Part shown: positions 7,151 to 15,078 of the stretch, piece after piece
Layout: each line of letters opens with the position of its first letter
How positions within the stretch are numbered: the first letter of the stretch is position 1
Assembly (NCBI GenBank): GCA_965662895.1
Contig: CBFIJH010000020.1
Location: 1 to 22,465 of the forward strand
DNA from: Candidatus Poseidoniaceae archaeon
Lineage (GTDB): Archaea > Thermoplasmatota > Poseidoniia > Poseidoniales > Poseidoniaceae
Direction of reading: 5' to 3'
DNA length: 22,465 nt
Notes under the pieces: model-generated
Seen by the model: only the letters and a program-made list of their open reading frames with translations
What the model was told of the DNA's origin: nothing
Databases searched by the model: none
Program-made: the position numbers and the translations under genes

Positions 7151-8856
7151 TCCTCCTCCTCCAAACCTAAACGAATGGACAGAAGCCGTCGCTCGGCTTT
7201 GTCGAGCATAAGTGTGATGCGCGTACCGCACCACGCGTTGACGATCAGCGTGCCAGATTCATGTTCACATCGAAGCAAAAAAGCACCCTTCGGCGGTGCT
7301 TCCTTGCCAAAAATCACTTCAGGTTCCAAGGCTTCATTCCGAAGCAATCGTACCAACACTTCTGTTTCGAGAATTGGTAACTCATCGGATAAGTGTGGGT
7401 ACAGAAGCGGAATCGATTCTTGACGCGCCCTCCAGTCCCCGTTTTTCGAAACAAAGGCGGGTAGGCCAACATGGAGAACTTGCAGTGGATGGAAGGTTCC
7501 ACCGGGCCACCGATCCCCTCGTTTGTTGGGTGTTTCTTGGGCCCAAATTCGGTCATGAACAAGTTTTGGAGCGATTGCCATTCGTTTTCCACGCTTCCAC
7601 CACGAATAATCGGTCTGTTGCAAATTGCATTGATGCATGACGATGGCAGCCTCTTCTTGGCTCGCTCCGTGAACGGTGTGACGATTCGGTTTTGGCGCCT
7701 CGATTGATCGTGATTCCCATCCTGATTCTTCACGCCGCTTCGCCAATTTATCGATAAAAGTCCTTGCAACACCTTCCGGCGTTGCCTCTTCACGATGCCG
7801 AAGCAGGGCAACATAGAATCCTCCAGTGTTGTTGTCGTGAGGATACAATCGACGAGTCTTGCTCAAGGCTTCCAACAGTTCTTGTTCTTCTGGAGGGAGG
7901 TAACGTTCATCAAAAAATGGAACATCTTGAGGCTGCTTCGATATCTTGCCTTCCTCATCGAGCGGTTGCCACGTCGTCATTCCGGACTGCCAGACCAAAC
8001 CGTTGACCTTGGATTCATCGATTTCAACTACTTCCATCCAAGGGCATTTTCGAACCAACTCAGCGATGACGGCTTCGTTCTCGACGGGATCGATGGAACA
8101 CGTCGAATAGACCATGGTTCCACCGGGACGAAGCAATTGTGCCCCTCTCGAAGCGATATCGACTTGCAATTGAAACATGGTTCGACCACCCTTAGGGGAC
8201 CAACTCCACCAAACGTCCTTGTTTTTTCGAGATGTGGCGCTACCTGTACACGGAACATCGGCAACGATGGCATCAAATCCTGGTTTTGGAATGCGTCCAA
8301 CGTGTCGACCATCGTGTTGCGTGATCAGAACGTTGTGAAGAGAAAGCCTTCCGCGATTGCTTGCAAGCATGTTGACGCGTCCTGAGATCGGTTCGTTCGC
8401 AACAACAACTCCCGAGGGAGCCATACGTTCAGCAGCATGGGTGGCTTTCGATCCAGGAGCTGCACAGAGGTCGAGCAACAACTCGTTCGGTTGAGGGTCG
8501 AGAACCAGAATGGGAAGCATACTTGCAGCTTCCTGTCGAGTGACTCGCCCCGTGTCATGAAGCAGGGCGAGCAATTCTCGCGTACCGTCGCGAGGTGCTT
8601 GTCCACGCGCAAATGGAAGTTGGTAGGCTTCGTTCCCAATCGACCACGGCAAAGGTTTTGCACCCATCATCAAGAGTTGTTGTCGTGTCCAATCCATATC
8701 GTAATGATTCATGGTAAGCCGCAAGGTCTCAGGAAGCGGTTCAGTGGCGATCTGAAGCCATCTCTTTTGGTCGATTCCTAGCGATTCTGCAAGACCGGTG
8801 AGCGGTGCGATTTTGGCTTGAGCAAGGAGACGCTCCTCATTGCTTCGCTCGCCCAT
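7147..8856 (-). CDS. RNA cytosine-5 methyltransferase, RsmB/NOP2/Sun superfamily (NSUN2/Trm4-like)
   Basis: RQEAASMLP, LDLCAAPGSK (SAM motif I), ADVPCTG (motif IV Cys), YSTCS (motif VI Cys) and PHDNNTGGFYVA. Confidence 0.95.
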   Translation of the reverse strand: MGERSNEERLLAQAKIAPLTGLAESLGIDQKRWLQIATEPLPETLRLTMNHYDMDWTRQQLLMMGAKPLPWSIGNEAYQLPFARGQAPRDGTRELLALLHDTGRVTRQEAASMLPILVLDPQPNELLLDLCAAPGSKATHAAERMAPSGVVVANEPISGRVNMLASNRGRLSLHNVLITQHDGRHVGRIPKPGFDAIVADVPCTGSATSRKNKDVWWSWSPKGGRTMFQLQVDIASRGAQLLRPGGTMVYSTCSIDPVENEAVIAELVRKCPWMEVVEIDESKVNGLVWQSGMTTWQPLDEEGKISKQPQDVPFFDERYLPPEEQELLEALSKTRRLYPHDNNTGGFYVALLRHREEATPEGVARTFIDKLAKRREESGWESRSIEAPKPNRHTVHGASQEEAAIVMHQCNLQQTDYSWWKRGKRMAIAPKLVHDRIWAQETPNKRGDRWPGGTFHPLQVLHVGLPAFVSKNGDWRARQESIPLLYPHLSDELPILETEVLVRLLRNEALEPEVIFGKEAPPKGAFLLRCEHESGTLIVNAWCGTRITLMLDKAERRLLSIRLGLEEEE

Positions 8857-8917
8857 GGCTGCGCCTAAGGACGCGCCCCTTTGTGTCTTACGAAGCCGTT
8901 AGCATCATAGCGCGAGA

Positions 8918-10249
8918 ATGTGTGGTCGTGTCATGCTGGGCGATGACATGCCTTGGTTGGTCCCGCTTTTCTTCGGTTCCATTGCCATCTGGATGTTTCC
9001 CAAATCGGTGGAAACCTTTGCTCGCAACAAGAGCGAATCGTTGCTTCGAGCAGTTCGATGGCTTCCTTTCGCACTTCTCGCTGTTATCATCTCATTGCGC
9101 GTATCTGCAATCTTTTCGCACGATACGACACACATCGAAGTTGCAGCGTATTTGCAATCGGATTCATCCATGATTGAACGCTTGCATGTTTTGTTTGCAG
9201 GAGACGGTTTGGTCGAATGGATGGTTCTTCCACTGGTCTACCTCTTTGCTTGGACTGGACAAGGAGCACGTGGTAGTTGGACCGAGGAAGGTTTGCAGAA
9301 ATTGAAACGAACGTTGGCGTTGATGTTGCTCATTTCTGCAACATTGGTGTTCGATGATTCTGCGTACATCGCCCCAGAAACCATGCCGTTGCTTCCGCTT
9401 ACAGCTCCAAGCGTTGATGCATGGACCGTTGTGTTTGTCCTCGTCGCTCTTTCATGCGTCCTTTCTGGATTGCTCACAGCCTATGGTCCTCGAAAAGGAT
9501 TGATGCATTACCGAAAACGGTCCTTCATTCCAGCTTCACCGATTGTTGTTACTGCCTTTGCTTATCTGTTCATGGCGTTCACTGCATCGGGAGTTTTCGA
9601 TGCGTCATGGTGGAGTGATCCTCGCCAGGACGATGGATATGCAACGCTTTGGTTGTGGATTTTTGTTGCCTTCCATCTCCACATCTTTGTTGCACCTCAT
9701 CGTGAAATCGATGTGCATCTTGGAGCAGGAAACGGTCGCAGCAAAGCACTGGCATGGAGCATTGGTGTTGCGATTGGTTTACTGATGTTGACGACTGCAT
9801 TGCTGATGTACGACCAGCAAACACCCGATGTAACATCCGTCCAATCGTCGTTCTGGTTGGTTGGCTGGATGGCGGCGTTGATGGCCGTCGTCTTGTTGTT
9901 GCCAATGTTTGGTTTCGACGATGGCTCTCGACCAGAATTGAATTGGGTCCGCTGGAGCTTGATGTTTGGACCGATGATGCTGTTTCTGTTCTTTGAACAT
10001 GCTCCGTTCCTCCTGCTTGGTGCATGGTTTGCAATCATGGCGACGACGCCACTGTCGTGGCTGTTTGAAGAAACAGCCTCCTCGCCTTCGTTACCGCATC
10101 GAATTGCTCTTGTCATCCTCGGCTTGGCAACGTTGGTGCTCGTCCTGACGAGCGGTGAAGGGTTGCGCTATGCGATTCCTCTTGGTGCAATGCTTTGTCT
10201 TGTTTCGTCCACGCTTGATGTTCGTCATGCATCACTGCATCGTCAATGA
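8918..10249 (+). CDS. Hypothetical polytopic membrane protein (about 12 TM helices)
   Basis: Long ORF filling the gap between genes, with many hydrophobic segments and no family recognised. Start could be 8918, 8933 or 8948. Confidence 0.8.
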   Translation: MCGRVMLGDDMPWLVPLFFGSIAIWMFPKSVETFARNKSESLLRAVRWLPFALLAVIISLRVSAIFSHDTTHIEVAAYLQSDSSMIERLHVLFAGDGLVEWMVLPLVYLFAWTGQGARGSWTEEGLQKLKRTLALMLLISATLVFDDSAYIAPETMPLLPLTAPSVDAWTVVFVLVALSCVLSGLLTAYGPRKGLMHYRKRSFIPASPIVVTAFAYLFMAFTASGVFDASWWSDPRQDDGYATLWLWIFVAFHLHIFVAPHREIDVHLGAGNGRSKALAWSIGVAIGLLMLTTALLMYDQQTPDVTSVQSSFWLVGWMAALMAVVLLLPMFGFDDGSRPELNWVRWSLMFGPMMLFLFFEHAPFLLLGAWFAIMATTPLSWLFEETASSPSLPHRIALVILGLATLVLVLTSGEGLRYAIPLGAMLCLVSSTLDVRHASLHRQ

Positions 10250-10280
10250 TGTTGAAACATGAGCAGGATGTCGCAAGGAT

Positions 10281-11408
10281 ATGGGCGCCACCGATGCGAA
10301 CGGTCATCTTCCGTTTCCTCTACCCAATCGTCCGTTTGCAATTTCTCAGGAATGGCGCGATTTGACTTTCATGCATTGGAAGGTGGATGCCAGTCGGCTC
10401 AAATCCCACCTTCCGAATGGGTTGGAGGTTGATACGTTTCAAGGAGAGGCATACGTCGGTGTCATCCCGTTTGTCATGAAAAACGTTCATCCAAGGGGTC
10501 TTCCAACCATTCCCGGAATCTCAACCTTCGCTGAATTCAATGTTCGAACGTATGTCATCAAAGATGGCCAGCCGGGTGTGTTTTTCCTGACACTGGATGC
10601 AAAGAGCCTCTTGACGTGTTCCTACGCTCCGCGTGCCTACGGTCTTGCATATCGATACGCAAAAGCCAAGGTGAAGCGAGTTGATGAAACGCTGCATTGG
10701 CAGTCCTGCCGCTCGAGCGATGGTTCAGAATTGCGTGGTACATCGGTTGCAGAAGGTTCGGTACGTACTGCAGAAAAGGAATCGCTTGAGAACTTCCTGT
10801 TCGAACGGTACTGTCTCTATACGGAACACAAAGGCTGTCTTCGACGCGCCTATGTTCAGCATCAACCGTGGTCTTTCCAAGACGGAGAAGTCAATCTTGA
10901 GACAAATACATTGCTTGAATCGTACAATTTGGAACTGGATGTTCTTGCGCCTGATTTGGTTCATGTCTCCAAAGGGCTACCGGTCAAGACCTGGTCGATT
11001 GAGGTCGCTGAACGAATTGATATCAACGATCAGCGCGACTTTTTGTTTTTGGATGGGGACTGCGGTCTTTGTCACCGTCTGGCGACCTTTCTCGACAAGC
11101 GATTGGCCAAAGGAAAGCAACTTGGTTATCGCCCGATTCTTCATGAGGATGCACAACGTGTTCTCCAATCGCTTCCAGCCAAACTTCGCGATGCTGATTC
11201 GGTCTATCTCATTCGGAATGGAAAACCATACATTCGCTCTGCAGCGGGGATTCGATGTGTCTTGTACATGCGTTGGTATTACAAGATGTGGTTCCCGTTC
11301 CTATGGTTGATACCATTACCACTTCGCAACATTGGCTATCGTCTAATCGCCAAATACCGTCACAAGTTCTTCAAACGACCATCAGAATGTTTGTTTCGTG
11401 TGGATTGA
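10281..11408 (+). CDS. DUF2071/YqjF-family domain fused to a DCC (DUF393) thiol-disulfide oxidoreductase domain
   Basis: N-terminal QEWRDLTFMHW, LEVDTFQGEAYVGVIPF, EFNVRTYV, GVFFLTLDA and FLFERYCLY. C-terminal FLDGDCGLC (DxxCxxC), YIRSAA and PLRNIGYRLIAKYRHKFF. Confidence 0.9.
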   Translation: MGATDANGHLPFPLPNRPFAISQEWRDLTFMHWKVDASRLKSHLPNGLEVDTFQGEAYVGVIPFVMKNVHPRGLPTIPGISTFAEFNVRTYVIKDGQPGVFFLTLDAKSLLTCSYAPRAYGLAYRYAKAKVKRVDETLHWQSCRSSDGSELRGTSVAEGSVRTAEKESLENFLFERYCLYTEHKGCLRRAYVQHQPWSFQDGEVNLETNTLLESYNLELDVLAPDLVHVSKGLPVKTWSIEVAERIDINDQRDFLFLDGDCGLCHRLATFLDKRLAKGKQLGYRPILHEDAQRVLQSLPAKLRDADSVYLIRNGKPYIRSAAGIRCVLYMRWYYKMWFPFLWLIPLPLRNIGYRLIAKYRHKFFKRPSECLFRVD

Positions 11409-11875
11409 TGCAAAAGTCGTTCGAAATTGACCGTATTGTGGACAATTGTGTCGCGCTTGTTATATGCGAGAAGGCGATGCAACAACTAGAAATCTTCGGA
11501 TTTCTGGATGGGATGGGAATGAGCAGAGCATTTCGCGCAGGCGTTGACAAAAACCGTAGAATCAAAGCACCAACACGACAACGTCGATGGCAACCACTCC
11601 GAGATCTTGCAGGCTTAGAAGCACGCAGCAAGTCCGTCGAACAAAGCATGGGTCCACTGGTTGATGTTCCAGCATTGGTTCGAATTGAAGATGAAAAGTG
11701 GGTCTTTGAGCGCATCGACGAGAACGTCTTGCATCAATTGACACATCGATTGGTTCTCCACGAAGAGGAAGGGGCACGAACAATCGGTGCAACCATCAAT
11801 CTCGCATCGGCCATGCATGTTGCAAAATGCATGGCTGAACAGGAACAAAAAATCGTACTGATTCGTCCGATGTAA
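11408..11875 (+). CDS. Hypothetical protein (155 aa)
   Basis: ATG 11408 is coupled to the upstream stop (TGATG); begins MQKSFEIDRIVD. No motif recognised. Confidence 0.75.
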   Translation: MQKSFEIDRIVDNCVALVICEKAMQQLEIFGFLDGMGMSRAFRAGVDKNRRIKAPTRQRRWQPLRDLAGLEARSKSVEQSMGPLVDVPALVRIEDEKWVFERIDENVLHQLTHRLVLHEEEGARTIGATINLASAMHVAKCMAEQEQKIVLIRPM

Positions 11876-11880
11876 AGGAC

Positions 11881-12066
11881 TCAGAACAAATCGATGATGG
11901 CTTGGACAACACCCTCGTTGACGAGGTAGAAGAAGCCACCAATGACGAAACAAGCAAAGTAGACTTGGAACGGTGAAATCTTCATCGATTCTTCCGACTC
12001 TTCGTCGAAGTATCGAATCAATCCTGCTGCTTGCTGGATTCCGCTTCCTTCCGACTTCTTTGCCAT
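11881..12066 (-). CDS. secG: Preprotein translocase subunit Sec61beta (archaeal SecG/Secbeta)
   Basis: Signature AAGLIRYFDEE...KISP followed by one TM helix. SD GGAGTGA upstream of ATG 12066. Confidence 0.95.
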   Translation of the reverse strand: MAKKSEGSGIQQAAGLIRYFDEESEESMKISPFQVYFACFVIGGFFYLVNEGVVQAIIDLF

Positions 12067-12115
12067 GTGGACCAATCACTCCGAGTTGCCTTCCCTTTAT
12101 CAACGCAACGCGCGG

Positions 12116-12901
12116 TCACTCGGAGGCATCATCGCTCAAATCAATCAAAGGAATGTCGTCCTCAATGGTCAGGATTGAACCGTGAACGTCCTCTTCATCC
12201 TCTTCAATAGGAACCAACAAGACCGCTTCTCCACGGGACAGTGCTCGCTCTACTGCAGGGGTGTTGTCCTCTGCGAGGGCTTGTTGTGCGAGATCAATTT
12301 CAAGTCGAGCAAGTTCGATCATGCTGCTCTCAACCTCTCCTTTCGTTTCCATTCGATCGATGTGATGATTTAACGATGCGATCGCTTCTGTCAGAAGACT
12401 GCGAGCCCGAGTCCGATGCGAGCGCCAATTGTCTTCGTTTGATTTCAGTGAACTGCTGACGGATTGGAGCGCCTTCTTGGCAGAACCACGATGGGCGAAC
12501 TCCCACGGATTGTGCTGCAAGGCTGCGACCCAATCGTGAACCAACCGTGCGCGTTCTTCAACGGGCCCTCGTATCACCACTTCGTTCCGATAGCCAGAGG
12601 TCAACAAGCCAAAGCCCCAGTAAGGCATGGACTGAATTTTGATGTGGAGTGCACCAGCTCTGTATTCCATAATCCATCGTTGTTCATCAAAACCAGGGAG
12701 TTGCGAAAACGTTGGAGTCTCCGCACCAACCGAACATCGAAGCAGCGTCTCGGCAACATCGCCAAGATAGACCTTCGAAGAGGGGCCTTTGAACGTAGAA
12801 GGGCGCAGATATCGCCCACCATCATCGATGCGATGGCTTGCTTTCGCCCTTCGAACTTGTGCGTGAAGAATTGAGCGTTCGGGATTCAAGTCCACTCCCA
12901 T
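12116..12901 (-). CDS. Hypothetical protein with helical/coiled-coil C-terminal half and acidic tail
   Basis: Long ORF filling the gap. First ATG is at 12901 (the track extends to 12925). No family recognised. Confidence 0.75.
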   Translation of the reverse strand: MGVDLNPERSILHAQVRRAKASHRIDDGGRYLRPSTFKGPSSKVYLGDVAETLLRCSVGAETPTFSQLPGFDEQRWIMEYRAGALHIKIQSMPYWGFGLLTSGYRNEVVIRGPVEERARLVHDWVAALQHNPWEFAHRGSAKKALQSVSSSLKSNEDNWRSHRTRARSLLTEAIASLNHHIDRMETKGEVESSMIELARLEIDLAQQALAEDNTPAVERALSRGEAVLLVPIEEDEEDVHGSILTIEDDIPLIDLSDDASE

Positions 12902-12978
12902 GCCTTCCTGATAGCATTCAACCACATGAATGTCACCGAAGGAGTGAACAAGTCTTCATAGTAGGGTGGTGTTACATT

Positions 12979-13119
12979 ATGAATATGCAGCCGAGCCAGA
13001 GCAAGAGCATCATCAACCAAATTGGATACTGTCATCGTTGTGGTCGAACCGATAAAATCGGTACGATGAACGTCGAGAAGTGTGTCGATTGTATCGCCAT
13101 GGGTTTCAGAATTGATTAG
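12979..13119 (+). CDS. Putative zinc-finger microprotein (46 aa, CxxC-x13-CxxC)
   Basis: MNMQPSQSKSIINQIGYCHRCGRTDKIGTMNVEKCVDCIAMGFRID. Occupies an otherwise empty gap, with TATA-like CTTCATA at 12954-12960. Confidence 0.65.
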   Translation: MNMQPSQSKSIINQIGYCHRCGRTDKIGTMNVEKCVDCIAMGFRID

Positions 13120-13178
13120 ATATCAAGACAGTGGAATAGTTCAAGAATGCTCGATGGTATGCCATACCAAGTGAGACC

Positions 13179-13652
13179 ATGGCGAAGAAGGCAGTATCCA
13201 AAGGCGAAGTTTTGACTGAACTACCAGGTGTAGGTGCAGCGACGGCAAAGAAACTCCAAGCGGCTGGATTGAATACAGTAGCAAAGATTGCGAAGGCTGG
13301 AAAGGCTGGACTTGAGAAGGCTGGACTGAGCAAATCAAGTGCTGCGAAGTTAGCCCTTGCTGTTGCCAAGAAGAGTGCGAAAACCACTGCAAAGAAGACG
13401 GCAACAAAAGCCAAGTCGGCCGCAAAGAAGGCCACCTCAAAGGCGAAGGAGACGGCCAAGAAAGCTGCATCATCCACCAAAAAGGCAGCATCCAAAGCAA
13501 CTGCTGCTGGTAAGAAGGTCGCAGAAAAGACCGTTGAGAAAGCCAAGGGCAATCAGAAAGTCAAGTCTGTGAAATCCGATGATGGACGTAAGGGCAAGAC
13601 CTTGAAGGTGCCACGAAGTGTGACCGATATGCCTTGGTTCCGCAAGAACTGA
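13179..13652 (+). CDS. Helix-hairpin-helix protein with Lys/Ala-rich histone-H1-like tail
   Basis: LTELPGVGAATAKKL HhH motif; 39 Lys in 157 aa by hand count; AKK repeats. Confidence 0.9.
   Translation: MAKKAVSKGEVLTELPGVGAATAKKLQAAGLNTVAKIAKAGKAGLEKAGLSKSSAAKLALAVAKKSAKTTAKKTATKAKSAAKKATSKAKETAKKAASSTKKAASKATAAGKKVAEKTVEKAKGNQKVKSVKSDDGRKGKTLKVPRSVTDMPWFRKN
13389..13547 (+). repeat. Degenerate coding repeat, mostly 11-aa AKK units
   Basis: AKKTATKAKSA / AKKATSKAKET / AKKAASS / TKKAASKATAA / GKKVAEKTVEK. Confidence 0.7.
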
Positions 13653-13700
13653 TTCGATTCGAGCGTTACATTGTAAAACCGTCTCGATTGATGGTTGAGT

Positions 13701-13883
13701 ATGCCAAGGAGGAAGTACGGTCGTCTACGCAAGACCGTTGAACTTCCTCCAAAAGAAAACTGTTCACGTTGCCGTTCAGGCAAGCATTGTCCCATTCCTG
13801 GGCATTCTGGTAAGGATGTGACGCCACATCGAGAATGGGCAGGGCCTGAATCCATCGAGAAGCGAAAGCGATCACGTTCGTGA
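13701..13883 (+). CDS. Putative basic Cys/His zinc-binding microprotein (60 aa)
   Basis: MPRRKYGRLRKTVELPPKENCSRCRSGKHCPIPGH... gives C-x2-C-x5-C-x4-H. Highly basic; fills the gap and overlaps the xerA 3' end by 12 nt. Confidence 0.65.
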   Translation: MPRRKYGRLRKTVELPPKENCSRCRSGKHCPIPGHSGKDVTPHREWAGPESIEKRKRSRS

Positions 13884-14963
13884 GATGTCAATACCGAACG
13901 TTTCGGTTCCACCTTCTTGTTCGACCAACTTCTCATCGCGTTGTGCTTGTTCCTCATCCATCGTTTGGCGCATCGATTGTGCACGATGGTAGACCTCTCG
14001 CAAGGTTTGGTCGGAAATATCGAGATAAACACGGGTCGTTGCAATGCTGGTGTGACCGAGTAATCGCTGAATGGTAACAAGATCAGCACCACGTTCAAGC
14101 AATCCTGTCGCGAAGTTGTGACGAAGAACGTGCGGTGTCAACTTCCCTTTCGGAAGTCCTGCTTCGATAGCAAGTTGATCCATCAAGCGTTGGACACCAC
14201 GCGGTTGCAAACGTCGTCCTGCTTGATTGAGAAGGAATGGAAAATCGTCATCACGAATGCGAGAATTTCGAATCGGGAGATAGGCATCGATGCAGTTCTT
14301 GGTACGTTGTGTAAACAGGACGATGCGGTCCTTGTCACCTTTTCCACCAAGGACTTTGGCATGCAAACCTTCGAGTTCCAAATCGGATAAATTGAGATTG
14401 CACAATTCTGAAACGCGCATACCTGTATCCAAGAGAACGGTGACAACGACCGAAGCAATCGCATTTTCGGAGGTGTTGGCGGCTTCAATGACTGAAGTCA
14501 ACTCGCGACGGGTTAACGTTCGTGGCAGTTTTCGTCCCGTACGAGCGCGTACCAAATGGTCTGGCCATCGATGACCGAGCCACTTGATCATGTGGCGAGC
14601 AGCAGCAAGGCGTGCATTGTAGGTGGACGGACTCAACTCACTCATGGAATGTGTCCAGCGATCGATGCGGCCATTAAGCGGTTCAAGGCGATTGGCTAGC
14701 GTTACCACATTCATCGATTCAAGGTCGTGCTCGGAGAGAACGTTTTCGCCCGGCAACGTTGTTTCAACAAGCGCCCGCAGGCCGTTAAGGTAGGTTTTGC
14801 GCGTGTTCTCAGATTTGTTTTCTGTACGCAATTGTTGGTCGTAACAATCCAACCAAGGGAGGTTCTGGATGTGAACGAGACGTGGAGGAAGCTGAACGTC
14901 TTCATCGGTAAGACGACGCTGGCTCGGTCGTTGAGCCTTCGGCTGTGTGTATTTTCTCTCCAT
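13872..14963 (-). CDS. xerA: XerA/XerCD-like tyrosine recombinase
   Basis: Complete catalytic set: DTGMRVSEL (R), GGKGDKDR (K), TPHVLRHNFAT (HxxR), LLGH (H) and TTRVY (Y). Housekeeping context with no phage genes. Confidence 0.9.
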   Translation of the reverse strand: MERKYTQPKAQRPSQRRLTDEDVQLPPRLVHIQNLPWLDCYDQQLRTENKSENTRKTYLNGLRALVETTLPGENVLSEHDLESMNVVTLANRLEPLNGRIDRWTHSMSELSPSTYNARLAAARHMIKWLGHRWPDHLVRARTGRKLPRTLTRRELTSVIEAANTSENAIASVVVTVLLDTGMRVSELCNLNLSDLELEGLHAKVLGGKGDKDRIVLFTQRTKNCIDAYLPIRNSRIRDDDFPFLLNQAGRRLQPRGVQRLMDQLAIEAGLPKGKLTPHVLRHNFATGLLERGADLVTIQRLLGHTSIATTRVYLDISDQTLREVYHRAQSMRQTMDEEQAQRDEKLVEQEGGTETFGIDISRT

Positions 14964-14983
14964 ATGGCATCATCGCCTGTGTT

Positions 14984-15040
14984 TTCCGCCGAGGCGGAAG
15001 TGCATCCCGTGTCCTTGCGGACGGATTGCAGTTCGCACTC
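14984..15040 (-). promoter_or_regulatory. Structured element (two hairpins) between the rimK-like gene and xerA
   Basis: Minus strand: AUCC-GUCC-GCAA-GGAC-ACG-GGAU (GNRA tetraloop), closable by AGUGC/GCACU, followed by the inverted repeat UUCCGCC-UC-GGCGGAA. Function unknown. Confidence 0.45.
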
Positions 15041-15078
15041 ATCCATATGAATATGTTGAATGAAATCCCAGTCGAGAA

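Noticed and set aside
13872-14963. Tyrosine recombinase as a provirus or integrative-element integrase
   Set aside because: No adjacent tRNA, att direct repeats, viral or replication genes, or obvious composition shift. The motifs are Xer-like and the neighbours look chromosomal.
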